A stretch of DNA of 64,000 bases from an uncultured Geothermobacter sp. (GTDB taxonomy: Bacteria; Desulfobacterota; Desulfuromonadia; Desulfuromonadales; Geothermobacteraceae). Where the stretch lies: assembly GCA_964501815.1 (NCBI GenBank), contig CAZCUR010000003.1, forward strand, positions 11,380 through 75,379, read 5' to 3'. The position numbers and the translations under genes were made by a program. This document shows positions 1 to 7,384 of the stretch, piece after piece. Numbering within the stretch: the stretch's first letter is position 1; every line of letters starts with the position of its first letter. The notes under the pieces are model-generated. The model was not told where the DNA came from. It ran no database searches and saw only the letters and a list, made by a program, of their open reading frames with translations.

Positions 1-1071
1 GTTCTCGACGGCGGCGACTACTCCATCGTCGAGGCGGTCAGAAACATCTGTCACCAGGTCACTCCGAGCCTGATCGGCCTGCACACCACCGGCATGCCGG
101 AAACCAAGGGGGATGACATTCGCAGTGTCAGCAAAAAGATCGACCATCCTCTGGTCTGGGTGAACACCCCCGACTATGAGGGGGGGCTAGAAAGTGGCTG
201 GGCGCTGGCGACAACAGCATTGATCGAGCAGTTGGTCGAATCTTGTGATGGCGTGGACGATAACCGGGCGGTGATTTTGCCCCATGTCAGCCTGACGCCG
301 ATCGAGGTCGAAAAAATCAAGACCTTTGTCGCGTCGTTCGGCTTCAACGTCCTCGCCCTGCCGGACCTCTCCACCTCCCTTGACGGGCACCTGGGCGAAA
401 AGCAGGCGGCGCTCTCTTCGGGCGGCATCCGTGTCGAAGAAATTCGCGCTCTGGCGCAGGCCGGACTGGTCATCAGCGTCGGAGATTCAATGGCACCTAG
501 TGCCGAAGCGTTGATGCAAAAAAATCCGTCCATGCGCCATGCCCATTTTCCGCACCTGCACGGGCTGGCAGCAACCGACCGGCTTGTCGAGCTGCTGCTG
601 GCCGAGACTGGATTTGTCGGCGTACCGCCGACGGTCGCCCGCTGGCGCGCACGCCTGCAGGACGCCATGCTCGATGCCCACTTCTCTCTCGGCCAGACCC
701 GTTTCTGCGTCGCCGCTGAGCCGGATCATCTCGCCGGACTCTGCCGGCTGCTGAGCGACACCGGCGGCCGTGTCAGCCTGGCGATCGCACCGACAGGCTC
801 CCAATATCTGGAAAGGTTGCCAGCAAACGAGGTCATGATCGGCGACCTCGAAGATGCCGAGGAGGCCGCCGGCACCTATGACTTTCTCCTCGGCAACTGC
901 CACTGCGAAGCACTCGCCCACCGGCTCGGCAAGGGCGTGGTGGTGCGCGGATTCCCCAACTGGGAGGAGGTCGGCAACGTATTGAAGAACGATGTGCTCT
1001 ATGAAGGCGGAGCGTATTTCCTCTGCGAACTCGCCAACGCAGCCGAAAAAATGCGCAGGAAAACCGCTTGA
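1..1071 (+). CDS. nifN: Nitrogenase FeMo-cofactor scaffold NifN (or NifN half of a NifEN fusion), 5' truncated
   Basis: Frame +1 is open from base 1 (VLDGGDYSIVEAVRNICHQVTPSLIGLHTTGMPETKGDD). NifN-like motifs LPDLSTSLDGHL, RLQDAMLDAHF, IGDLEDAE and RGFP. The ORF-track start at 94 is internal. Confidence 0.9.
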   Translation, partial: VLDGGDYSIVEAVRNICHQVTPSLIGLHTTGMPETKGDDIRSVSKKIDHPLVWVNTPDYEGGLESGWALATTALIEQLVESCDGVDDNRAVILPHVSLTPIEVEKIKTFVASFGFNVLALPDLSTSLDGHLGEKQAALSSGGIRVEEIRALAQAGLVISVGDSMAPSAEALMQKNPSMRHAHFPHLHGLAATDRLVELLLAETGFVGVPPTVARWRARLQDAMLDAHFSLGQTRFCVAAEPDHLAGLCRLLSDTGGRVSLAIAPTGSQYLERLPANEVMIGDLEDAEEAAGTYDFLLGNCHCEALAHRLGKGVVVRGFPNWEEVGNVLKNDVLYEGGAYFLCELANAAEKMRRKTA

Positions 1072-1077
1072 ATAAAT

Positions 1078-1239
1078 CACGAAGATACCGAGAAAAACAT
1101 GCCCTCACACCCGCTCGCGGTGCTCGGTCGAGACGCAGGCGCAGAGAAAGAAAAAAGTATGGATTTTCTCTGTGTCTCAGCGACTCTGCGCGAGGCCGAT
1201 TTTGACTTTGCTTCCCTTTGTGCCTGGGTGTCTTTGTGG
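1078..1239. repeat. Composite palindromic intergenic element: family B element (1111-1204) nested inside CACGAAG/CACAAAG-type arms
   Basis: Outer arms cacgaagataccgag (1078-1092) and ctttgtgcctgggtgtctttgtgg (1216-1239). Inner stem gcgcagagaa...ttctctgtgt. The inner ends match the element at 7276-7374. Confidence 0.6.
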
Positions 1240-1260
1240 CAAGTAAAAAGGTTTAAGACT

Positions 1261-2247
1261 ATGCATGGATACAGTGAAACGATTCTGAAATACGCCGGGG
1301 ACGACCGTCATGCCGGTGAACTGGTCAACCCGGACGGGGTCGGTGAGGTTGGCCTCGGCGCCGGGGAAGCCGGGAGCAAACTGGCGGTGCGCTTCATGCT
1401 GAAATGCCAGGGAAAGCGGGTTGCCGCAATTCGCTACCAGGTTTTCGGCTGTGGTTATACCATCGCCGCCTGCGCCGCTGCGGCGCAGCTGGCCGAGGGA
1501 CGCCCTTTGGACTGCATGTCAGAGGTCGATGCCGCGGCTATCGAACAGCACCTCGGCGGACTGCCCAAAGAGCGCTACTACTGCGCCGAACTGGCCGCAG
1601 AGGCACTGCAGTCGGCAGTGAGCAGTGTCCGTCACCGGCAAACCGTGGTGACCGCTCAACCTGTTAAGGAGCATGGTCCTCGCATCAGCGCAAGCCACCC
1701 GGTCTACCGCAAACTGATGAACAGCCCGCTGCCGCCAGACGTCCACCCCGAGGAACGCCACCTGTTCGCCTGTCTGCTGGCAGTGAGCAGCGACGAGCCC
1801 TGGTCAACCGAGGCAGCACTTGGGCTCAAGGCGGCTGATCTTGCTGCTATCCTGGAACGCTTTTTCCCTGGAACATCCTGGCCGCCACGCCAGCCCACCC
1901 ATACCGCCGCGGCTCCCCCTGCCGGCAATCCTGAGATTCGCGCACTGTTGCGTCGCTACGCCGATGACAGTCCCGACCCGCAGCTGGCGACCTGGTTCGC
2001 CGATATCGTCGTCGCCCGCGCCGCCCACCCCGGCCATCTTTGGGCGGCGATGGGGCTGTTCGAACGTGCGGACCTCTCCAGCGCCATCAGCCGCCTCCTC
2101 CCGTCGCTGAAGCGAGCCAACAACAAAGGAATGCGCTGGAAGCGTTTCTTGTTCAAGCAGATCTGCGACCTCAACGGCAACAGTCTGTGCAAATCGCCCA
2201 ACTGCGGCGACTGTAGCGACTACGCGCTCTGCTTCGCCCCGGAGTGA
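1261..2247 (+). CDS. nifQ: IscU/NifU-N-like domain fused to NifQ (Mo-FeS donor)
   Basis: N-terminal YSETILKY...VFGCGYTIAA...RYYCAELA is IscU-like. C-terminal HLWAAMGL, MRWKRFLFKQIC and the Cx4Cx2Cx5C motif CKSPNCGDCSDYALC are NifQ-like. Start placed at ATG 1261 because the upstream extension runs through a repeat element. Confidence 0.8.
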   Translation: MHGYSETILKYAGDDRHAGELVNPDGVGEVGLGAGEAGSKLAVRFMLKCQGKRVAAIRYQVFGCGYTIAACAAAAQLAEGRPLDCMSEVDAAAIEQHLGGLPKERYYCAELAAEALQSAVSSVRHRQTVVTAQPVKEHGPRISASHPVYRKLMNSPLPPDVHPEERHLFACLLAVSSDEPWSTEAALGLKAADLAAILERFFPGTSWPPRQPTHTAAAPPAGNPEIRALLRRYADDSPDPQLATWFADIVVARAAHPGHLWAAMGLFERADLSSAISRLLPSLKRANNKGMRWKRFLFKQICDLNGNSLCKSPNCGDCSDYALCFAPE

Positions 2248-2326
2248 AGTTGCCACGCCCTGAACAGACCTCTCCCCTTCCGCCAGAGATCAAGAACGAC
2301 GTTGGCGTCAGCTCCCGTTGCCTGAG

Positions 2327-3067
2327 TTAAAGCAAAAACATCTTTCCACCCGCCATCACCATCATCGCCGACATGGCTGCAAGGATGGCTTTGGCGGGCA
2401 GCCGGCGGCTGCCGAGCAAAGCACCGATGCCGCCGCCAAGCAGGGCGACACCGGCCAGCAGAGGGGCATAGGCGGGAATCTGCTCAAGGGCGCTGAGATG
2501 GCCAAGCAGGCCGGAGATCGAGTTGACCAGGATAAACAGGGCGGCGATGCCGGAAACCTCGCGCACCTGCGCCCAGCCGAGAAGAATCATCAGCGGGCTG
2601 AGAAAGATGCCGCCGCCGACACCAATGAGACCGGAGGCGAAACCGAGGACGCCGCCGACCAGCATGGCCAGGGGCATCGCCGGCGGTACCGGTTCACGTT
2701 CTGGCTGGCGCGTACGGACAAAGAGTCGCCAGGCGGCATAGAAGAGGACGAGACCGAGTAGCGGCCGATAATAGTGCGGCGGCAAGTGGAAGGTGCCGCC
2801 GATGAAACTGGCCGGGATCGAGGTGACAACAAAGGGCCAGAAGACTTCCCAGGAGAACTGTCTTGCCGTCAGGTAGAGATACGACCCGACCCCGGCGACG
2901 ACGATGTTGAGCAGCAGCGCCGTCGGTTTGAGGGATTCCGGCGCCAGACCGAACAGGGCCATCACAGCCAGATAGCCGGAGGCTCCGCCGTGCCCGACGC
3001 TGGCGTAGATCAGGGCGACAACGAAAATAGCGACGGCCAGACAGGGGATCAGTTCAAGTGTCATCAT
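2327..3067 (-). CDS. Sulfite exporter TauE/SafE (TSUP) family membrane protein
   Basis: Hydrophobic 246 aa protein with the duplicated TSUP motifs ASVGHGGASGY and SGLIGVGGGIFLSP. RBS ggag precedes ATG 3067. Confidence 0.85.
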   Translation of the reverse strand: MMTLELIPCLAVAIFVVALIYASVGHGGASGYLAVMALFGLAPESLKPTALLLNIVVAGVGSYLYLTARQFSWEVFWPFVVTSIPASFIGGTFHLPPHYYRPLLGLVLFYAAWRLFVRTRQPEREPVPPAMPLAMLVGGVLGFASGLIGVGGGIFLSPLMILLGWAQVREVSGIAALFILVNSISGLLGHLSALEQIPAYAPLLAGVALLGGGIGALLGSRRLPAKAILAAMSAMMVMAGGKMFLL

Positions 3068-3219
3068 GCCAACTCCTGTGCAATCGGGCTCGCGCCCACT
3101 CATTTCGCCCAAACAGGGAAGCAGGCCGCCGAGAATGCCACCAGGCGGCAGCTGTCGAGGGCAAGAAACTCCCGACTTTCTCGGCCCTCTGAGTCTCTGG
3201 GAGCGGCCGGTTCCGCTGT

Positions 3220-4086
3220 TTACGCGCTCAACGCATCGAGATCGATGTCCTGCCCGACCAGACCGGCGGCGTCGGCGCGGCACTGCTTGCAATGGCGCGC
3301 CTGGGAGAGAATCAATTCGGCCTGGTTACGCACCATCTCCATGGTAGCCGTATCCGGCATCGGATGATCTTTGAAGATCCCGCAGGGAATAACCGGGATG
3401 ATATTCATCATCTGCGCACCGAGGTTGCGCACCTCGACCGCCAGCTCGAGGGTTTCATGGTCGTTGACCCCCGGTATGTAGACGTGGTTGACCTTGATCA
3501 TCAGTCCCGCCCTGGCCGCCGCTTCAAGGCCGCACAACTGACGCTCGAGCAGAATGGCAGCACCGGTTTGTCCGGTCAGGCGCCTGCCCTGATGATGGAT
3601 CCACTGGTAGACTTTGGCCCCGGTAACCGGCGTCAGGGCATTGATGGTCACGGTCAGGCTGTGCACGTTGGCGGCAATAATCTGCGGCAGCTTCTCCTCC
3701 AGCAGCAGTCCGTTGGTCGACAGACAGAGTGCCATTTCGGGGAAGGCCGACCGCACCAGGGCGAAGGTTTCGAACGTTTTCGGATTGGCGAGCGGGTCCC
3801 CGGGACCGGCGATGCCGACCACCTTCAACAGCGCGCCCCCCTGCTTTTCCATATGACGACGAACCAGACGCACCCGCTCCAGGGCCTGAGCGGGCGTCAG
3901 AACTCTGCTGGTGACCCCTGGGCGGCTTTCGTTGGCGCAGTCGAATTTGCGTTCGCAGAAACCGCACTTGATGTTGCAGCCTGGGGCCACCGGCAGGTGG
4001 ATCCGCCCAGCCTTGCTGTGGTCGCCGCCGAAGCAGGGATGATCACTGGTTGCTTTCGTTTTCATCATCGGACAACCGGTTGCCAT
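3220..4086 (-). CDS. nifB: Radical SAM FeMo-cofactor biosynthesis protein NifB (stand-alone SAM domain)
   Basis: NifB fingerprint motifs HPC, CNIKCGFC, ESRPG, AGPGD, TVTIN and CKQCRADAAG. No C-terminal NifX domain. Confidence 0.95.
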   Translation of the reverse strand: MATGCPMMKTKATSDHPCFGGDHSKAGRIHLPVAPGCNIKCGFCERKFDCANESRPGVTSRVLTPAQALERVRLVRRHMEKQGGALLKVVGIAGPGDPLANPKTFETFALVRSAFPEMALCLSTNGLLLEEKLPQIIAANVHSLTVTINALTPVTGAKVYQWIHHQGRRLTGQTGAAILLERQLCGLEAAARAGLMIKVNHVYIPGVNDHETLELAVEVRNLGAQMMNIIPVIPCGIFKDHPMPDTATMEMVRNQAELILSQARHCKQCRADAAGLVGQDIDLDALSA

Positions 4087-4102
4087 GGTGTCGGTCCTTT
4101 CA

Positions 4103-4171
4103 TAAAAAAAGCCCGTGAGCCTGGGGCTCGACGGGCTTCGTTGCCGTGTGAATCCGGTCCGCCATTGGACC
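4103..4171 (-). promoter_or_regulatory. ANTAR dual-hairpin attenuator upstream of nifB
   Basis: RNA reads GGUCC-AAUGGC-GGACC, a 10 nt spacer, then GGC-AACGAA-GCC. Both hexaloops have A1/G4. The second hairpin overlaps terminator aagcccgu...acgggc-U7. Confidence 0.85.
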
Positions 4172-4247
4172 GTTGGAAAAAAGGAGGCGGGCCGATCGGG
4201 AGTCGGCCCACCCGGCCAGAGGCCATATCATTGGGGAAAAGATCCGC

Positions 4248-4631
4248 TCAGTGGTGCGGGCAGTCTCCTCCCTCCCGCCTGTTCCCGGAGCAGCCACCAG
4301 GACAGACCTGGTCATGGGCCCACTTCAGGGCCTCACTGATGGCGCCACGAGTCGTCAGCGCCCTGATGCCGGCCTTTTCCAGTTGTTGCCTGGGCAGCTC
4401 GCCGATCATCGCCGTCACCACCGCCCGGCACCCCTCAAGAGCCGTGACGATGGCGTCGAACTGGCGATGACGAAAAGGGTGATCCGGATTGTAGCTGCAG
4501 TACTTGTCCACGTGAACTTCCTTCACCGGCTCGGGGCTGCCGCCGCCGTAGTCGTAGATCAGGAACCGCTCAGCGTGGCCGAAGTGCAGATCTACGTCGG
4601 TGCCGGTTTTGGATGCGACTGCGATAAGCAT
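4248..4631 (-). CDS. NifX/NifB/NafY-family FeMo-cofactor-binding domain protein
   Basis: MLIAVAS...VDLHFGHAERFLIY...LEGCRAVVTAMIG...LEKAGI pattern. RBS aaggag. Confidence 0.85.
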   Translation of the reverse strand: MLIAVASKTGTDVDLHFGHAERFLIYDYGGGSPEPVKEVHVDKYCSYNPDHPFRHRQFDAIVTALEGCRAVVTAMIGELPRQQLEKAGIRALTTRGAISEALKWAHDQVCPGGCSGNRREGGDCPHH

Positions 4632-4650
4632 GACGAAACTCCTTTAAAAC

Positions 4651-4790
4651 CACCATGAAGCCACGAAGATGAAAATCAAGAAATATTATTCAGGTTTTTC
4701 ATTTAAATCTAATGACCCTCGCCTGAACTAATGGGCTGTGACCATTTCAACAAGGTTTCCTTCGTGTTCTTCGTGCCTTCGTGGTGGATT
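4651..4790. repeat. CACGAAG-unit inverted-repeat element (family C) with AT-rich core
   Basis: Left arm caccatgaagccacgaag (4651-4668). Right arm cttcgtgttcttcgtgccttcgtggtg (4760-4786). Confidence 0.7.
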
Positions 4791-4796
4791 ATTCCT

Positions 4797-5066
4797 TTAA
4801 ACTTCCAGCGGTTTCAGCGTGAAACACCCCTTGGGGCAGGTCGAGGCGCAGGCGGCGCAACCGGTGCAATTGTCCTCGTTGACAATGCTCATCACCATGC
4901 GCACCGATTCGGATTCCTCGTCCTCCAAATCCTCGGGCCCCAACACCTTCCGGGCGCAGGCCTTGAAGCAGCGGCCGCAGCCGATGCATTTCTCATGGTC
5001 GATCGATTCGACAAAGGCGGGGGTCCACTCGGAACCGCCTTTGGTCATTGCGGTCAAAAATGCCAT
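4797..5066 (-). CDS. fdxB: nif-specific ferredoxin III (2x[4Fe-4S])
   Basis: [16 protein letters not shown]...[11 protein letters not shown]...[12 protein letters not shown]. Directly follows nifX. Confidence 0.85.
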   Translation of the reverse strand: MAFLTAMTKGGSEWTPAFVESIDHEKCIGCGRCFKACARKVLGPEDLEDEESESVRMVMSIVNEDNCTGCAACASTCPKGCFTLKPLEV

Positions 5067-5068
5067 CT

Positions 5069-5434
5069 TCAAGCTCCTTTTTGCATGGCCTTGCGTAGCC
5101 ATGGTGGGGGATTTGTTTTCAAAACGTCCTGCAGTTTCTCCACGACATCGGCGATCGGCTCGGCGTTTCTGCTTTTGAGCGGATGGATCCTCTTTGCTAC
5201 CAGCCGCGCCGCGGCCGGTCCACCGATCTGGCCGACGTAGACCAGGGCACAGTCGGCGAGTGCCGCGCAACGCGCCTCGATCCTGTCGTCGGTGTGGGCC
5301 TCCTCGTCGCCCACCTGGGCGACGCCAGCAAATTCGGAAGAATCGGGGCCGATCTCATAAATGTAGAACTGCTCTGCCCGGCCGAAGTGTTCGTCAATGT
5401 GGACCTTGTCGGTGCTGGCGAATGCAACTTTCAT
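5069..5434 (-). CDS. nifX: Nitrogen fixation protein NifX
   Basis: [18 protein letters not shown]...[10 protein letters not shown]...PPPWLRKAM, typical NifX. Start at ATG 5434. Confidence 0.9.
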   Translation of the reverse strand: MKVAFASTDKVHIDEHFGRAEQFYIYEIGPDSSEFAGVAQVGDEEAHTDDRIEARCAALADCALVYVGQIGGPAAARLVAKRIHPLKSRNAEPIADVVEKLQDVLKTNPPPWLRKAMQKGA

Positions 5435-5496
5435 GGTCTGTCCTTTGCTGTCCCTGCTGCCGACGATGGAGAATCTACGTATTCTGATCATTGTTC

Positions 5497-5527
5497 AATC
5501 CACCACGAAGGCACGAAGGACACGAAG
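5497..5527. repeat. Orphan family C arm, inverted copy of 4760-4790
   Basis: aatccaccacgaaggcacgaaggacacgaag matches the reverse complement of 4760-4790 at 30 of 31 positions. Confidence 0.85.
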
Positions 5528-5658
5528 AAAATCTTCAAGGGCGGCGGGCCCCACCCCATGTTAGGGACATGGGCCGGGCAGGGCCCGCCTGGTTTATCCG
5601 GTTTCAGGTTTAATAAAACCTTCCCCTTTTTCCCCGTTTTGGGATGACAGGCGAAGAG

Positions 5659-5753
5659 TTTGCGCCGAGGCCAAGGAAGCCCAGAAATCGCGAGGAGGCG
5701 TACATCGTACGTCGACGATCGATTTCGCAGGCTGACGCAGAGATCGGTGCAAA
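5659..5753. repeat. About 95 bp nested palindromic element (family A) downstream of nifK
   Basis: Arms tttgcgccga...tcggtgcaaa, gaaatcg...cgatttc and apical gcgtac-atc-gtacgt. Shares gaggcgta...tacgtcga...cgcagag with 8909-9006. Confidence 0.75.
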
Positions 5754-5775
5754 GAACCGCCTGCCGCCCAAAACG

Positions 5776-7245
5776 CTAACGCATCAACTCGAACTGCCGC
5801 TCCTCACAGGTTTCGTCAACGATATCGAGGAACTTGTTGCAGATCTCAGTCAGCATGTTGATCACGCCCTGGTAACCGACGATCGGCCGACGGTGCAGAT
5901 TTACCCGGTCGAAAACCGGAAAGCCGAAGCGAAACAGCGGAATTCCGGCGTCGCGGGCAATGAACTTGCCGTGACTGTCACCGATCAGAGCGTCGACCGG
6001 GTCGGTCATCAGCAAGCTGCGCATGTGCCAGAGGTCGTGCTTGTGGTAAATCTTCCCCTGCTTGCCGTAGGGGGAGCTGTCGAGCAGCGCCTGCACCTCT
6101 TTGGCGATCTTCTTGGTGCCTTTGTTGATCAGGATGTGGTAAGGCACCGCACCCATCTCAAGCAGGAAGGAAATGGTGCCCATCAGCTGATCAGGATCGC
6201 CATAGAGAGCGAATTTCCTGCCGTGGATGTACTGGTGAGCGTCGGTCATGGCGTCAACGGCGCGGCCGCGCTCGGCTTTCAGACTCTCCGGCACCGGCTT
6301 GCCTGTCAACTCGGCGATCTTCATCAGAAAGGCGTCGGTGTTGGCAATGCCCAACGGCATCGGCAGCACCGCGTGCTTGCCAGAGTAATTTTCCGTGACC
6401 CACTTGAATGTCTTAGCGGCCGAACGGGGGCCAATGCAGAGGGTCGCTTTGCCGTTGATGGAGTCGGCTGCTTCATCCAGTGGGGTGCCACCTGGGTAAA
6501 TGCGGTACTCGCCGTCGAGCGGCGAATCGAAGACCTCGGAAATATCGCCGAGAATCAGCCCCTCGATCCCGAATTCGGCGAAGATCCGCTTGTATTCGCG
6601 GAAGTTGCCGGTGTTGGCATCGAATCCGGGGATCAGGTTGAGCTTGCCGGTGCATCGCCCCTCGACCTTCTTCCCTTCGGTCAGAGTCTGTAAAATCGCC
6701 AGCAGCATGGCGTCGTAACCGTCAATGTGGGAGCCGTTGAAGCTCGGAGTATTGGCATAGGGCGTCGGCATCTCCTCCGGGACGATCCCCTTGTTGCGCG
6801 CGTTCTTGATGAAGGCGGTCAAATCGTCGCCGATGATCTCCGGCATACAACTGGTGAAGATGGAGATCATCTTCGGCTTGTAGAGGGCGATGGCGTTCTC
6901 CAGCCCCTCGTGCAGGTTGTTCTGCCCGCCGAACACCGCGCCATCCTCGGTCATGGCATCGGAAACCGCCGGCGCCGGCTCGCGGAAGTGGCGGTTGAGG
7001 GTTGAGCGGTAGTAGGAAGTGCACCCCTGAGACCCGTGTACAAAGGGGAGCGACCCTTCAAAGGCGTGGGCGACCAGTTCGGCACCGAGAGGCTGACAGG
7101 CATGTGGCGGCATGACCACCAACGCCTCGCGCCTGAAGTTCAGTTCTTTGTATTCCTCGGTATTGATCCATTCCGCGACCCGAGCCTTCTCCTCCGCCGG
7201 GATTTCAGTGACCGGCTTGACCGCCAGTCCGTGATTGTTGGCCAT
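5776..7245 (-). CDS. nifK: Nitrogenase MoFe protein beta chain
   Basis: P-cluster ligand motifs HACQP, QGCTSY, TSCMPE and TPSFNGSH. RBS aaggaga before ATG 7245. Confidence 0.97.
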   Translation of the reverse strand: MANNHGLAVKPVTEIPAEEKARVAEWINTEEYKELNFRREALVVMPPHACQPLGAELVAHAFEGSLPFVHGSQGCTSYYRSTLNRHFREPAPAVSDAMTEDGAVFGGQNNLHEGLENAIALYKPKMISIFTSCMPEIIGDDLTAFIKNARNKGIVPEEMPTPYANTPSFNGSHIDGYDAMLLAILQTLTEGKKVEGRCTGKLNLIPGFDANTGNFREYKRIFAEFGIEGLILGDISEVFDSPLDGEYRIYPGGTPLDEAADSINGKATLCIGPRSAAKTFKWVTENYSGKHAVLPMPLGIANTDAFLMKIAELTGKPVPESLKAERGRAVDAMTDAHQYIHGRKFALYGDPDQLMGTISFLLEMGAVPYHILINKGTKKIAKEVQALLDSSPYGKQGKIYHKHDLWHMRSLLMTDPVDALIGDSHGKFIARDAGIPLFRFGFPVFDRVNLHRRPIVGYQGVINMLTEICNKFLDIVDETCEERQFELMR

Positions 7246-7275
7246 TTTCTTTCTCCTTTGAAATCGGCCGCACGC

Positions 7276-7374
7276 CCGTTCGCTTTCGCTCACTCGAGCC
7301 GCACAGGTATGCAGGATCACATTCATCAGGTGTGTTCCTTCGCGCCCGTGCGCCTCCGCGTGAGGCCGCTTTTG
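7276..7374. repeat. Palindromic intergenic element (family B) between nifD and nifK
   Basis: Begins ccgttcgc...gctcactcgagccgca and ends gcgtgaggccgcttttg. Parallels 1111-1204 (ccgctcgc...gctcggtcgagacgca ... gcgcgaggccgattttg). Confidence 0.65.
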
Positions 7375-7384
7375 TATCGATTTT

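Noticed and set aside
1099-1260. N-terminal extension of the NifQ fusion given by the ORF track
   Set aside because: It reads through the palindromic element, and IscU-like similarity begins at ATG 1261. The track extensions of nifH, nifD, nifK, amtB, fdxB and pal were trimmed for similar reasons.
3068-3215. Moco/Tuco or SAM riboswitch call for the TSUP leader
   Set aside because: Only a vague resemblance at the 3' end, and the conserved cores were not matched. Kept only as an unassigned structure.
4651-5527. CRISPR-like interpretation of the cacgaag repeats
   Set aside because: The units are 7-9 bp and contiguous, with no unique spacers and no cas genes.
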